From NCBI GenBank assembly GCA_020341795.1, contig CP070836.1:1682157-1746156 (forward strand): a stretch of 64,000 nucleotides of DNA. Direction: 5' to 3'. This stretch comes from Thermoplasmatales archaeon. GTDB lineage: Archaea > Thermoplasmatota > E2 > DHVEG-1. Below the pieces are notes generated by a model, which was not told where the DNA came from, made no database searches, and was given only the letters and a program-made list of their open reading frames with translations. A program made the position numbers and the translations under genes. Positions 38,042-49,408 of this stretch are shown piece by piece. Each line of letters opens with the position of its first letter. The stretch's first letter is position 1.

Positions 38042-40474
38042 ATGACAGATGAGGAATCCAGTAGTAAGGAATATATCCGCGCTATTGAGTCAGAGATGAA
38101 ACGAGCATTTATAGATTATTCTATGAGTGTGATAATGAGTCGTGCTCTACCTGATGTTAGAGATGGTCTAAAACCTGTTCATCGACGTATATTGTATGCA
38201 ATGAATGATATGGGACTTGCATCAAACAGACCTTATAAGAAATCAGCTCGTGTAGTCGGAGAAGTACTAGGTAAATATCATCCTCATGGTGACCAAGCTG
38301 TATATGATTCCATGGTGCGTATGGCTCAAGATTTCTCGCTTAGATATCCTCTGGTGGATGGTCAGGGTAATTTTGGTAGTATAGATGGAGATAGTGCTGC
38401 AGCGATGCGATATACTGAGAGTCGGATGGCTAGAATTGCAAATTTAATGCTTCAGGATATAGAAAAAGATACAGTTGAGTGGACAGAAAATTTTGATGGA
38501 TCACTGAAAGAACCATTAATGCTTCCATCGGTTCTGCCTAATTTGTTGATTAATGGTGCATCAGGAATTGCAGTTGGTATGGCAACAAATATGGCCCCGC
38601 ATAATATATCAGAGGTAATAGAAGGTACCATTAGAGTTGTTGATGATCCTGAGATTTCTACTATTGATCTTATGAATATAATTCAAGGTCCTGATTTTCC
38701 AACTGGAGGAATAATATATGGAAAAGGTGGAATTTTGCAGGCTTATTCTGAAGGACGCGGTCATGTTCGAGTCCGGGCACGGACATATATCGAAGGTGAT
38801 GATAAAAAAAAGATCATTGTAACAGAACTTCCTTATCAAGTTAATAAATCTAATCTCTTGCAGACAATAGCTGGGCTTGTAAAGGATAAAAAAATTGAGG
38901 GAATATCTGACCTACGTGATGAAAGTGATAGAAAAGGAATGCGTATAGTAATCGATCTTAAAAGAGATGCAATTGAAGAGGTTGTACTATCCCAGCTTTT
39001 TAAACATACTGATTTACAGACAACATTTGGTATTTTAAATCTTGCAATTGTTGAAGGTGAACCAAAAATTTTGAAACTTAAAGAAATAATTCAACATTAT
39101 ATAGAATATCGAATCCTTGTCATTACTCGTAGAACTACTTTTGAATTAAATAAAGCAAAAGAAAAACGACATGTACTTGAAGGATTCATGATAGCTCTTA
39201 AAAACATTGATGAAGTAATTAAAATAATAAGAGGTAGTAAGACAGTTGATGATGCAAAACAGGGGCTTATGAAACGTTTTAATTTTTCAGAGGTACAAGT
39301 AAAAGCGATATTAGATATGAGACTTCAAAAACTCACAGGCATGGAGATGGAAGCAGTAGAAAGAGATTACAATGAAACAAAAGAGTTAATACAAAAACTT
39401 GAATGGTTACTATCAGATAAACAGCATATTCTTGATGAAATAAAAAGAGAACTAGTAGAAATCAAAGAAAAATTTGGAGATGAACGTCGCACTGAAATAA
39501 TTGAAGGTGAAATTGATATCGAAATGGAGGATCTAATCCCTATTCAAGATGTGGTAATAACAATCACAGACAGTGGATACATCAAACGTATTCCTTGTGA
39601 GACATATCGTACGCAACGCCGTGGAGGAAAAGGTCTTATCGGCATGAAAACAAAAGAGGAAGATCTAGTTGTTGACTCATTTATCACAAGTACTCATGAT
39701 TATATCATGTTTTTTACTAACCATGGTAAATGCTTCTGGCTAAAAGGATATAAAATACCAGAAGGAAGCCGTCATCACAAGGGTAAAGCAATAATTAATC
39801 TCCTACCTAGACTTGAAGAAAAAGAATACGTTGAAACAGCGATTCCTATTCATGAATTTGATGATGAGCATTTCCTTATATTTGCTACGAGAAATGGTAT
39901 AATTAAAAAAACAAAATTATCAGCATATAGTCATATAAGAGTAAATGGTGTAAGATCGATAAAACTTGATGAAAATGATGAATTAGTAGGTACAAGACTT
40001 TCTGATGGTAATCAAACAATTATGATTGCAACAGCTGATGGTCAAGCTTGCAGATTCGATGAAAAAGAATCACGTCCAATGGGACGTGTAACACGTGGAG
40101 TTATTGGAATTCGTCTTAGAAAAGGCGATAAGGTTGTATCTATGGCCGTGGTTGGTAAAGAGGGAAATCTTCTAACAATTACAGAGAACGGTTATGGTAA
40201 ACGATCTCCAATCCAAGAATATAGGAAAACTCATCGTGGTAGCAAAGGTGTAAGGACAATTATAACAAATGAGCGTAACGGAAAGGTTTTATGGGTTAAA
40301 GAAGTCGAAGAAGAAGATGAAATAATGCTAACAAGTAAGGATGGTATGATGGTTCGTGTACCAGTAAAAGATATACGTATTCAAGGTCGAAATACAATGG
40401 GTGTAACAATAATGCGTTTAAACGAGGGTGACAGAGTTGTATCAGTTGCTAAAGTTGTTGAAAATGAAGATTAA
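38042..40474 (+). CDS. gyrA: DNA gyrase subunit A
   Basis: Motifs are [14 protein letters not shown], the active-site Tyr context AAMRYTESR, and HPHGD. C-terminal beta-pinwheel repeats are present. Confidence 0.97.
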   Translation: MTDEESSSKEYIRAIESEMKRAFIDYSMSVIMSRALPDVRDGLKPVHRRILYAMNDMGLASNRPYKKSARVVGEVLGKYHPHGDQAVYDSMVRMAQDFSLRYPLVDGQGNFGSIDGDSAAAMRYTESRMARIANLMLQDIEKDTVEWTENFDGSLKEPLMLPSVLPNLLINGASGIAVGMATNMAPHNISEVIEGTIRVVDDPEISTIDLMNIIQGPDFPTGGIIYGKGGILQAYSEGRGHVRVRARTYIEGDDKKKIIVTELPYQVNKSNLLQTIAGLVKDKKIEGISDLRDESDRKGMRIVIDLKRDAIEEVVLSQLFKHTDLQTTFGILNLAIVEGEPKILKLKEIIQHYIEYRILVITRRTTFELNKAKEKRHVLEGFMIALKNIDEVIKIIRGSKTVDDAKQGLMKRFNFSEVQVKAILDMRLQKLTGMEMEAVERDYNETKELIQKLEWLLSDKQHILDEIKRELVEIKEKFGDERRTEIIEGEIDIEMEDLIPIQDVVITITDSGYIKRIPCETYRTQRRGGKGLIGMKTKEEDLVVDSFITSTHDYIMFFTNHGKCFWLKGYKIPEGSRHHKGKAIINLLPRLEEKEYVETAIPIHEFDDEHFLIFATRNGIIKKTKLSAYSHIRVNGVRSIKLDENDELVGTRLSDGNQTIMIATADGQACRFDEKESRPMGRVTRGVIGIRLRKGDKVVSMAVVGKEGNLLTITENGYGKRSPIQEYRKTHRGSKGVRTIITNERNGKVLWVKEVEEEDEIMLTSKDGMMVRVPVKDIRIQGRNTMGVTIMRLNEGDRVVSVAKVVENED

Positions 40475-40652
40475 GAAAACTGTAAAGTTGAAAACAATAA
40501 AGAATCCTAATAAATATTATAATTATAAAATTTTAGAAATTTTTGTTATTTTGATAACTATTTCATGGTAAAATAATATTCTATAAATAAAAATATTTAT
40601 ATTAGAAAAACATTAATATATAAAGGTATATTTGGGAAAACGGGGAAAAAAA

Positions 40653-43214
40653 ATGAATAAAATATTATCTATTTTAATAATAGGAGCATTATTGGTAAGC
40701 AGTTTTGGAGTTATAGCTGCTAATACAAATGATGTGTATGAAGCTAGAGTATTAGTAAAAACAAAACAGTCAAATATTAAAATCTCAAAGATTGATTTTG
40801 AAGTTACAACTGAAAAATATTTGGAAGTAACAATTGATGGATCAGCATCTTATCTAATGGCATCTGGAAAACCTATGCTACCAAAAGTTGTTAATACTTT
40901 TGAGCTTCCATTTGGAGCAAGAAATATACAAGTGGAGGTAATACCTTATGGTGTAAAAGAACAAACAATATCTTATGAGGTTAAACCTGCACCTATTCAT
41001 CTGCCATTAATTCAAGTATCAGAGTACTTACCAGCGAATAAAAATGAAATAAAAGATCATAGTGTGTATTCTAGCTCAGATCCTTATCCTTCTAGTTGGT
41101 ATTCAGTTGATATAAGAGTAGGATTAAATACAAATAATATAAGACAAACATTTGTAAATGTTCCATTTTATCCTATTAAATATTATCCTGCTGAAAACAA
41201 AGCCGAAATAGCAGAAGGTGCAGATATAATTATTACCTATGAAGATTCAGGCGATAATCCATTTCCTACTAATGCAGATTATGACCTTGTTATCATAGCG
41301 CCACGTAAATTTGAACGAGATCTAGGAAGATTTGTTGAACATAAAAACGATTTTGGAATTAGGACTTTACTAATGACAACTGAAAAAATTTATCAGGATT
41401 ATTTAGGAGTTGACAAACCTGAGAAAATTAAATACTTTATAAAAGATGCAATTGAATCATATGGTATTACATATGTTTTACTCTTTGGCGGTCTAAAATC
41501 CTTGATTTACGCAAAACCACGTGATGATGCCAATCAGGGCAGTAAAGGATGGCATGTTCCTGTGAGATATAATAATTTATGGGATAATCCTGAGCATCCT
41601 CTCGCTGAATCAACTATACATGATCCAGGAGTAATAGTTGATCTTTATTATGCAGATATCTATGAGGAAGGTGGTGCTTTTTCAACTTGGGATCCAAACG
41701 AAGATGGTATATTTGCAGCTTGGAGCAAAGACGATGTTGAAAACGATCTAGGAATAGACATGATGCCCGATGTAATTATTGGAAGACTTGCATGTCGAAA
41801 CACAAGAGAAGTAAAGGATATTGTGGATAAAATTATAAAATATGAATCGGAAAAGGCAGATCCAAGCTGGTTTAAACAGGTTTTATCAATCTCAGGTGAT
41901 GGTTTTCTTGATCAACAACCTCTTGATATACAATGGGATACAAATGGACTTGAAGATGGAGATTACATTATTAATGCTCAAGGTTCTTTTGAAGAAAAAG
42001 AGGAAGATTCGCCAATACAACTTCTAGATGGAAGAGAATATGGCCCAATAGAACAGATACGTATTACACTTAATAAAAATGTTGAAACAAACCTAACCTT
42101 TAACCATAATGATTATGAAAGAATACCAGGATTTCCAGATCAATTTATATATCCAGCCCCTCCAATTGCAGAAATTGTTACCGTCTCAGAGGGTAATATT
42201 CTAGGAAACACTAATTATGAGTATTCACCAAAAGAAGGCCAAGCATATGGAAACGAGTTTTCAGGTTGGGCAAATATGAGTTATATAGATGGGGTATTGA
42301 CAATTGGTGGTAAATGTTACAATCCAAAGCCCTATGGTGATACCACAGATATTCATGTCTGGATTGAAAATGAAAACTTTGAGTTAGTGTTTGATGAATG
42401 GGTTAATGGATCAAAGATGTACTATGAAGGAGAATGGGTAGTTGGTAACAGAATGCTTAAAGGCGGTGGAGGAGCACTATATTATATGGAAGATTTTGGG
42501 AAGAAATATCTATGGGCATCAAATGGTCAAATTACCAATAAAGAGGATCTAATCGAAGAATTTACCAAAGGATATGGTTTTGTATTCATGAGTGGACATG
42601 GAAGCCCTAACTCATGGGGAGATCACTTCCCTGGAATACCAGGTAACCGTGCCTATGGAAGTTTCGGTGGAATGACAGCCTCAAGTATTAGAGCTTGGCC
42701 TCCATTTTTCAAAATACCAATATTTCCAATGGATTTACTTAATAATGAAGGTAAACCATCAATTGTTCTGATTGGTGGATGTCATAACAGCCAGTTTAAT
42801 GTATCATTAATACCTACACTACTTGATTTTATGCCAGGTAGATACATGTGGACACATGGATTTGGAGTACCTGAATGTTTCAGCTGGCATATGACCAGAC
42901 TCAAAGACAGAGGCGCAATAGCAACAATCGGTAACACAGGTCTAGGATATGGAATACTAGGAGAAGACTGTTTGATCGGGGGACTTGATGGTGGAATTTG
43001 CATAATGTTTTTCGAGCGATACAGTCGGTTAAAAGATGAAAATGATAATGCTATACTTGGAGATGTCTATCAGGAGACTCTAAAAGACTATTTAACAATG
43101 TTTATTGATCCACTTGATCCTGAAAACGATGAATTCGACGACCATGTAAAAACAATACACCAATGGGTACTACTTGGTGATCCAACATTAATGATTGGAG
43201 GATATCCCTCCTAA
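40653..43214 (+). CDS. Exported gingipain-like (C25 family) cysteine peptidase
   Basis: The preferred start is MNKILSILIIGALLVSSFGVIAA. C25-like landmarks are YDLVIIAPRKFERDLGRFVEHKNDFGIRT, PDVIIGRLACRNTREVKDIVDKIIKYE, His context FVFMSGHGSPNSWGDH and Cys context VLIGGCHNSQF. Confidence 0.65.
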   Translation: MNKILSILIIGALLVSSFGVIAANTNDVYEARVLVKTKQSNIKISKIDFEVTTEKYLEVTIDGSASYLMASGKPMLPKVVNTFELPFGARNIQVEVIPYGVKEQTISYEVKPAPIHLPLIQVSEYLPANKNEIKDHSVYSSSDPYPSSWYSVDIRVGLNTNNIRQTFVNVPFYPIKYYPAENKAEIAEGADIIITYEDSGDNPFPTNADYDLVIIAPRKFERDLGRFVEHKNDFGIRTLLMTTEKIYQDYLGVDKPEKIKYFIKDAIESYGITYVLLFGGLKSLIYAKPRDDANQGSKGWHVPVRYNNLWDNPEHPLAESTIHDPGVIVDLYYADIYEEGGAFSTWDPNEDGIFAAWSKDDVENDLGIDMMPDVIIGRLACRNTREVKDIVDKIIKYESEKADPSWFKQVLSISGDGFLDQQPLDIQWDTNGLEDGDYIINAQGSFEEKEEDSPIQLLDGREYGPIEQIRITLNKNVETNLTFNHNDYERIPGFPDQFIYPAPPIAEIVTVSEGNILGNTNYEYSPKEGQAYGNEFSGWANMSYIDGVLTIGGKCYNPKPYGDTTDIHVWIENENFELVFDEWVNGSKMYYEGEWVVGNRMLKGGGGALYYMEDFGKKYLWASNGQITNKEDLIEEFTKGYGFVFMSGHGSPNSWGDHFPGIPGNRAYGSFGGMTASSIRAWPPFFKIPIFPMDLLNNEGKPSIVLIGGCHNSQFNVSLIPTLLDFMPGRYMWTHGFGVPECFSWHMTRLKDRGAIATIGNTGLGYGILGEDCLIGGLDGGICIMFFERYSRLKDENDNAILGDVYQETLKDYLTMFIDPLDPENDEFDDHVKTIHQWVLLGDPTLMIGGYPS

Positions 43215-43257
43215 AATTTTTCTTTTTTTTAAAATATTAATTAGCATTATATTTTAA

Positions 43258-43908
43258 TTGTTAATATTATTACATATTTTGGGATTAGATTTGACAATTA
43301 AACAAATAAAAGTTGGATATAATAATTTCACCTATATCATATATGATCAAGTCAATAAAAAAGCTACAATTGTTGATCCTGGTTTTGATTCATCTAAAAC
43401 TCTTAGTTTTATTTTATCAAACAACCTAGATCTAGAATATATAATTCTTACTCATTATCATAGTGATCATACAAGTTCGAGTAAAAAAATTATTAATGAA
43501 TACCCAAATTCAAAGGTGATTACTTCAAAGTTAGATAGTTCAAAGCTATGTTTAAAAATAGAAAAATTTGTTGATGATAAATCCAAATTATCACTTGGGA
43601 ATATTACCCTTGATTTTCTTTTAACTCCAGGTCACACTCCTGGAAGTATATGCATAATAGTTGATAACAAAGCAATACTTACAGGGGATACACTTTTCAT
43701 TGGTGATTGTGGACGAGCAGATCTTCCCGGTGGAAGTGTAAGTGATTTGTTTAATAGTATTCAAAGAATCAAGAAGCTTCCAGATAGTTTAATTGTATAT
43801 CCCGGTCATGATTATGGATCAATACCATTTGATAGTCTGAAAAATCAAAAGAAAACAAACAAAACTCTAATTGCTAAAACATTAAATGATTTTTCGAAAA
43901 TCCCATAA
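43258..43908 (+). CDS. Metallo-beta-lactamase-fold hydrolase (glyoxalase II-like)
   Basis: Motifs are ILTHYHSDHTSS, TPGHTPGS, GDTLF.GDCGR and PGHDYG. The more likely start is the in-frame TTG at 43291. Confidence 0.8.
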   Translation: MLILLHILGLDLTIKQIKVGYNNFTYIIYDQVNKKATIVDPGFDSSKTLSFILSNNLDLEYIILTHYHSDHTSSSKKIINEYPNSKVITSKLDSSKLCLKIEKFVDDKSKLSLGNITLDFLLTPGHTPGSICIIVDNKAILTGDTLFIGDCGRADLPGGSVSDLFNSIQRIKKLPDSLIVYPGHDYGSIPFDSLKNQKKTNKTLIAKTLNDFSKIP

Positions 43909-43931
43909 AAAAATGGTTAATTTTATATTTT

Positions 43932-46910
43932 TTATAATTTACCTTCATTTTGTGGATCATATGGATTAAATGCTGGATCTCCAAGTAGGTTTAACTGGTA
44001 AACTGCACAATATTTTTCAACCGGTACATTTGATCCTGCTGTAGAAGATGTAACAATTTCATCTTGAAGTTCTTGTGGAAGAGATGATGGTATTGAAAGT
44101 GGAGGCGTCCATAGATATCTTACTTCAAAATTGTTTGGTAAATAATCGTTTTTAGCATCTCTTAAAGCTAATCCTATTGTTGCATCTTCATTTAGTATAT
44201 GCTGATAGGATTCCTCAAATATATAACCACAGAAGTGTACAGGCGGATAAACATTGTTTCTTGTGTTTTTAACAGCCTTTAGATATCCAACTATTCCATA
44301 TCCAACACCTGCATCAATTGGTAGGTTATCCCATGTTGGTCTTGGATCAAGATATCCTCCTATTGCTGAATACGTGGTTGGGGAAATATATGCATTCACT
44401 CCAGCATGAAGGTATGCATTTGCTATTGTGTTTGTTGGATGAATACTATCAATTTTACCTGATCCACAACCTTCTACGAAAACAAACGATGGTCCAAATT
44501 CCATCTCGGTTACATCTCTCACAGTATAAGCACCATGATGTTCTAAACCTGAGTAAAAACCACTGATTATTGGTACAAATCTGCTTATAAGTTGATAAAA
44601 CCAATAAGGCCCTCCCATTGTTGCTAGCATTGAGTCCCCATGTTCGAATTCGAACCATATACCATGTGAATTTGACATTATTAAATTAGAATTTTCTTGT
44701 GTTTCACCGCCTTTTATACCTGATCCGTCACTAAGCGTTTTTTTCCACCAATCCAGGCTAAATAAGGATCCAACATGATCAAATCCTTGGATTATTTGTA
44801 CAAGTAATTTTGGAAAACCAAGACGATTTAGTAAGCCATCTGTTTTAATTTCGGAAAGTGCTGCTTTTGAAAAACCGACTCTTTGAGCTTGTCCTCGCTC
44901 GAGTACCTCAACATCAAATCCACCTTGTTTTAAAAGATATTCTGCTCTCATTCCAAGAATATGTTGTTCGCCAGTAGGAAACTTCATTGGATCATGTTTG
45001 TTTAATAAATTATATATAAAGTTAAAAATTGGCATTTTCTGAAATTCTAATCCTGCACCAGATAAAACAGCAGCATTATCTTTCCATTCGTCAGCAAGTG
45101 CATTATAAATTATCTCATCATAAAAAATTGTTCGTACAATCAGTGCACTTGCATCCTGAATGTCGTATCCTGTAATTCTTCCAACTACATTTTCTACTTC
45201 AGGAAAACCCTGTGGATATTTATCATTTTTATTACTTGGAAAAAGGTCATTTTCTAAATCTTTTGGTCCATATTGTGGTTGATAAGAATAATCAATTGGA
45301 TCGATATTTCCATATATGAAATCACTTGGACAGTTTGTACCATAAGATCTATCAGGTTTGTTAAATGGGTCATTATGAGGACTTCTGTAATAATATTGTG
45401 GAAGCATTATAGTGTCTCCAACAAGTGCTATAAATAATGGATCCCACAAACATTCCTCTGTAAGAGTCTGAATTTGTTTATATTTATCATCTAAATCTAT
45501 ACCTTTAACTTTTGCTACTAGTTCATTAATTGGTTTATGAATATTATCCATCACGTGTTTGTTTATTAAAGGAATAAGTTTTGGATTTCTAAAAGCAGTA
45601 GTGGAACCTGGTAATGTTTCACCATTTAATTTAACATTATCATCGGCTACAAATGCAAACTCAGGTTTCCCATAAATTAAACCTTTGTGATATGCAGTCA
45701 AGTATGGTGCGAGTGATGAAAATTGAGGCATATGAGGGTAATATGGATTGTCAAGTTTTTCAATTGTAGCAGTTACTTCAAAGTTTGCACTAGGATTTAC
45801 CATAAAGGTTGGATTTATTTTTAATAAAAATTCTTCTCCGCCGCTATCATAAAGTATTGTTTCCCAGTTAAATTGATCTGCTACTATATTTCCTGCTTCA
45901 TCCTTTTTATACGGACTTGCAACTGATCTAACATAGTTTATAAGAGAACCTTGTATTATAACATTGTCTCCAAATTCCTTGCAATACTCTGGATTTTCAT
46001 CTGTTTCAAGATGAATTCTAACACGTGCATATTTATAATCTTCAGGAATTTTGAATTTGAAATTAGAACCTCCAGAACCTCTTATACTCGCTATTAAATG
46101 AGATGGGAAAATATTCTGAATTGTTAGTTTTCCTTTTTTTGTTTGAGTATCATTTACTTCTAATACTTTAGGAAGAAATGCATCTCTTGGATTTGTGATT
46201 GTAATGTAATCGATTTCATAGTTGGTTTCTTTTGTTTTGAATTTTTCAATCAAAAACTTCATTGTCATATTGAATATTTCATCTACATTTTCAAATCTTT
46301 TAACTCTTCCAAAACCTGAGATATTTTCACCACAAACAAGGGTTTTTTTAACACCTAAATCTCTTAAGATTTCTATTACATCTTGATCAAGTTTTTCTGC
46401 AATAATTACTGGAATTCTCATATATGATGCAAGTGGTACTGCCATTACTCCAAGACAATAACCTGAATAATTGTTTTCAATTATTAAAGCAGCAGGGCTA
46501 CTTTCCCAATATTTTCTTGCGATTTCAATTGATAAATTTTTGGGTGAATCATTGTTTTTTTTATTTAGCTTTGTTACTTCGAAATCATCTAATTGCTCAT
46601 ACTTTACTCTTTTAACTGCATCTGATAACATATCATTGTTTTCAACATAAAGAGGTTTTACAGTTTGAATACCTGTTTCGTTATAATTAATTGCTAGAGG
46701 TGTTGCTATCAATGGATAAAATGGATTTTCATCTGTCACACTAATTGCGTCAGGTTGATGCTCCATCATATTTCCTGTTAATTTAAAAAAATCTTGGTCA
46801 TCTGCATATTTTTCATCTGTGGTCTCAGGTTCCCAATAATAAATACCAATTGAAGAAAGAATTAATATAACCACTCCTAATAATACCACTAGCTTATCAT
46901 TTTTCTTCAT
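43932..46910 (-). CDS. Large N-terminally anchored exoprotein, distantly C25/gingipain-like peptidase
   Basis: 992 aa with the anchor KLVVLLGVVILILSSIGIYYW. Candidate His and Cys contexts are SNSHGIWFEFEHGD and FVFVEGCGSGKID. The segment VGRITGYDIQDASALIVRTIFYDE resembles the C25 'GR.P' segment. The family call is tentative. Confidence 0.4.
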   Translation of the reverse strand: MKKNDKLVVLLGVVILILSSIGIYYWEPETTDEKYADDQDFFKLTGNMMEHQPDAISVTDENPFYPLIATPLAINYNETGIQTVKPLYVENNDMLSDAVKRVKYEQLDDFEVTKLNKKNNDSPKNLSIEIARKYWESSPAALIIENNYSGYCLGVMAVPLASYMRIPVIIAEKLDQDVIEILRDLGVKKTLVCGENISGFGRVKRFENVDEIFNMTMKFLIEKFKTKETNYEIDYITITNPRDAFLPKVLEVNDTQTKKGKLTIQNIFPSHLIASIRGSGGSNFKFKIPEDYKYARVRIHLETDENPEYCKEFGDNVIIQGSLINYVRSVASPYKKDEAGNIVADQFNWETILYDSGGEEFLLKINPTFMVNPSANFEVTATIEKLDNPYYPHMPQFSSLAPYLTAYHKGLIYGKPEFAFVADDNVKLNGETLPGSTTAFRNPKLIPLINKHVMDNIHKPINELVAKVKGIDLDDKYKQIQTLTEECLWDPLFIALVGDTIMLPQYYYRSPHNDPFNKPDRSYGTNCPSDFIYGNIDPIDYSYQPQYGPKDLENDLFPSNKNDKYPQGFPEVENVVGRITGYDIQDASALIVRTIFYDEIIYNALADEWKDNAAVLSGAGLEFQKMPIFNFIYNLLNKHDPMKFPTGEQHILGMRAEYLLKQGGFDVEVLERGQAQRVGFSKAALSEIKTDGLLNRLGFPKLLVQIIQGFDHVGSLFSLDWWKKTLSDGSGIKGGETQENSNLIMSNSHGIWFEFEHGDSMLATMGGPYWFYQLISRFVPIISGFYSGLEHHGAYTVRDVTEMEFGPSFVFVEGCGSGKIDSIHPTNTIANAYLHAGVNAYISPTTYSAIGGYLDPRPTWDNLPIDAGVGYGIVGYLKAVKNTRNNVYPPVHFCGYIFEESYQHILNEDATIGLALRDAKNDYLPNNFEVRYLWTPPLSIPSSLPQELQDEIVTSSTAGSNVPVEKYCAVYQLNLLGDPAFNPYDPQNEGKL

Positions 46911-47089
46911 TTTTTATCCCCAAAGAAGAATAAATATGTATATCCTACTATATTTCCAACTTTCTATATAATATTTTCTATTAAATAATTAACATAAGAA
47001 TATTAAATAAAAATAGTAATAGATTATACTGCTACAATACCTTTAATAAGCAATTTCTTATTTACCAGCAAAACAGTGGAGAAAAAAAT

Positions 47090-47455
47090 ATGGCAAATGT
47101 AGAAATGTCTAAACAGTTACAAGATCAGATAAATAGACTTCAACAGATGAGAATGCAACTTCAAATGATTATTCAGCAAAGACAACAAGTAGATTTAAGA
47201 TTAAAAGAAATTGACGAAGCTCTTGCAGAACTTGAAAAAACAGATAATAAAACTCCAATATACAAAAGTATAGGAGCTATATTAATTAAAACAAATGGTA
47301 AAAATATGGTATCTAAAGAGCTAAAATCGAATAAGGAAAATTTGGAACTTAGAAAATCAACTCTTGGTAAACAAGAGGATAGAACCAAAGAAAAATTAAA
47401 TGAACTACAGGAAAAGGTCCAAAGTTCATTAAACCAAAAAAACGGATCGAGTTAA
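47090..47455 (+). CDS. pfdB: Prefoldin beta subunit
   Basis: 121 aa. Two coiled-coil arms flank a beta-hairpin region (PIYKSIGAILIKT). Confidence 0.8.
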   Translation: MANVEMSKQLQDQINRLQQMRMQLQMIIQQRQQVDLRLKEIDEALAELEKTDNKTPIYKSIGAILIKTNGKNMVSKELKSNKENLELRKSTLGKQEDRTKEKLNELQEKVQSSLNQKNGSS

Positions 47456-47465
47456 AAATTTAAAT

Positions 47466-47804
47466 ATGGTTGAAATGTTTAAAAAAAGATATTTCTCTAC
47501 ACAACATGATTTCAAAACAGGTATATTATGTAAAATTACCCTGTTTTTTGGGTTTCTTTTTTTAGCTATTTATCTTTTTTTTATAGTTATATCACTTTTA
47601 GTAGGTATTGAAAGTATTGGTGTTTTGAAACAATTATACGATATTTCACAATCTACGGTTCCAGTTTCAATTGTTTCTTTAGCAATTATTCTAATATTTT
47701 TTGGAATAATGTTTTATTTATTTAGCTGTCAACTTGCTAAACTTAAAAAAATAGCTGATGAAATTGAAAATAGCGAAGAGTTTTTTGATGACCAAATTGA
47801 TTAA
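47466..47804 (+). CDS. Small membrane protein, hypothetical
   Basis: 112 aa with two clear TM segments and an acidic C-terminus. Confidence 0.4.
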   Translation: MVEMFKKRYFSTQHDFKTGILCKITLFFGFLFLAIYLFFIVISLLVGIESIGVLKQLYDISQSTVPVSIVSLAIILIFFGIMFYLFSCQLAKLKKIADEIENSEEFFDDQID

Positions 47805-47816
47805 AATAAATATTAT

Positions 47817-48605
47817 TTATATTCCATATCTTCTTTGTCTTTGCTGAACTGTTCTAATAGCCTTTAAAAAATCTCTTTTTTGCAGAGCTGGCCAATAAAC
47901 ATCGGAAAAATAAAGCTCAGAATACGCGAGTTGCCATAACAAGAAATTTGATATTCTTTCTTCACCTGAAGTTCTAAGAATTATATCTGGATCTGGAATT
48001 CCATTGGTATACATATATTTTGACACAATTTGTTCTTTAATATCGTTGATTTTTAATTTATCTGTCTTGACATCCTCAGCAATTTTTTTTATAGCATGAA
48101 TAATTTCTTCTCTTCCACCGTATGCTAAAGCTATGTTAAATGAATATTTATAATAGCTTTCGGTTTGATACATTATATTTTTTACTTCTTCTGCAATATC
48201 TTTTGGGAGTGATTCAATATGACCGATTATCCTAATTCTTACTTTGTTTTTATGAATTCGCGAGTCTTTTGCAGCTTTTTTCAGCTCTTCCTTGCATAAA
48301 TCCATAAGTGTGTGTACTTCGCTTGTACTTCTTTGAAAGTTTTCTGTTGAAAATGCATATATCGTTAGATTTTTAATACCTAGTTCAAAACACCATTCGA
48401 GTACCTCTTCAATTTTATCGCGACCAAATTGATGGCCTGCTTCTGGAGATAAACCTAAACTTTTTGCAAATCTGCGGTTTCCATCCATAATTATTGCTAC
48501 ATGTTGGGGCATTTTATTTTTCTTTGTATCTTCTAGAAGCTTTAAATCTCTCATCTCGTTTAATTTTTTTGAAAAATGATTATAAATATCTGAATTGTAA
48601 ATCAT
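47817..48605 (-). CDS. uppS: cis-Prenyltransferase (undecaprenyl diphosphate synthase family)
   Basis: Motifs are HVAIIMDGNRRFA, TIYAFSTENF.R and RTSGEERISNFLLWQLAYSELYF. Confidence 0.95.
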   Translation of the reverse strand: MIYNSDIYNHFSKKLNEMRDLKLLEDTKKNKMPQHVAIIMDGNRRFAKSLGLSPEAGHQFGRDKIEEVLEWCFELGIKNLTIYAFSTENFQRSTSEVHTLMDLCKEELKKAAKDSRIHKNKVRIRIIGHIESLPKDIAEEVKNIMYQTESYYKYSFNIALAYGGREEIIHAIKKIAEDVKTDKLKINDIKEQIVSKYMYTNGIPDPDIILRTSGEERISNFLLWQLAYSELYFSDVYWPALQKRDFLKAIRTVQQRQRRYGI

Positions 48606-48828
48606 TGCAGCTATTTTTCTTAAAATACTATTTTTAATTGCATAGTCTTCTATTTTGTCAATTTTTTTACCTGCAATATCTTTTAATGATGGTTTTTTAG
48701 ATGGGATTTTGCTTTTCCCTCCTTTTATATAAAGCTATCTATAGGTAATCTATTATTTATAGATTAACATCTTATTTATAGTAATTAAAAAAATGAAATA
48801 ATATGAATATTATTTTTGTAACAATTTT

Positions 48829-48987
48829 TTATTTTGTTTTTTCTTTTACAAATTTTTTTATTTCGTCAATATTGTCAAGTATCAATTGTGCTTTTCGTAA
48901 TCCAAATCTAAAAGGATAATTATCATTTTCATCTCTTTTAAGTGAAATTACAGGATTCCCATTATATTCCTCTATTTCTGCAACCAT
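48829..48987 (-). CDS. Small ORF (52 aa), possibly PC4/p15-like ssDNA-binding fold
   Basis: Below the track cut-off. Manual translation gives MVAEIEEYNGNPVISLKRDENDNYPFRFGLRKAQLILDNIDEIKKFVKEKTK*. A GGAGG-type SD (complement of ttcctccg at about 48995-49002) precedes the ATG. The pattern EYNG.PVISLKR...FGL...Q...L..I..I..F resembles PC4-like proteins. Confidence 0.3.
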   Translation of the reverse strand: MVAEIEEYNGNPVISLKRDENDNYPFRFGLRKAQLILDNIDEIKKFVKEKTK

Positions 48988-49148
48988 ATTTCCTTTCCTC
49001 CGATTAATATAAAGTATATCTTAATACTTTATTTTAATATTAATAATATTAAGGTTGTAAAGTATTAATTATTAATAAAATTATTCATTTCCAAAGTCTT
49101 TATATAAAGAAAACATATACCGGCTCCTTATAAAAGTAAGGTGATATA

Positions 49149-49370
49149 CTGGGAAACATTAGACCAACTTACATCAAAAATATAGCAATTGATCTAGCGA
49201 AAAAGTATCCTAATCAGTTTAAACATGATGATTTTCAGCATAATAAGCAAAAAGTAGCTGAACTTTCTGATGTTAATAGTAAACTTTTACGTAATCGTAT
49301 AGCTGGATATATTACTCGTTATCTTGCTTCTCAAAATAAAGGACCAATAAGTCCACCAATTTCTGAGTAG
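49149..49370 (+). CDS. rps17e: Ribosomal protein eS17 (S17e), with an apparently non-canonical start codon
   Basis: Absent from the ORF track. Manual translation gives (CTG)GNIRPTYIKNIAIDLAKKYPNQFKHDDFQHNKQKVAELSDVNSKLLRNRIAGYITRYLASQNKGPISPPISE*, a strong eS17 pattern. An in-frame TAA lies at 49137-49139, and no ATG, GTG or TTG occurs between it and the conserved GNIRP. An SD-like AAGGTGAT lies at 49138-49145. Confidence 0.8.
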   Translation: MGNIRPTYIKNIAIDLAKKYPNQFKHDDFQHNKQKVAELSDVNSKLLRNRIAGYITRYLASQNKGPISPPISE

Positions 49371-49408
49371 CAACCCAAAATTTATTTTAATGAAGCTTAA
49401 TCTATACC

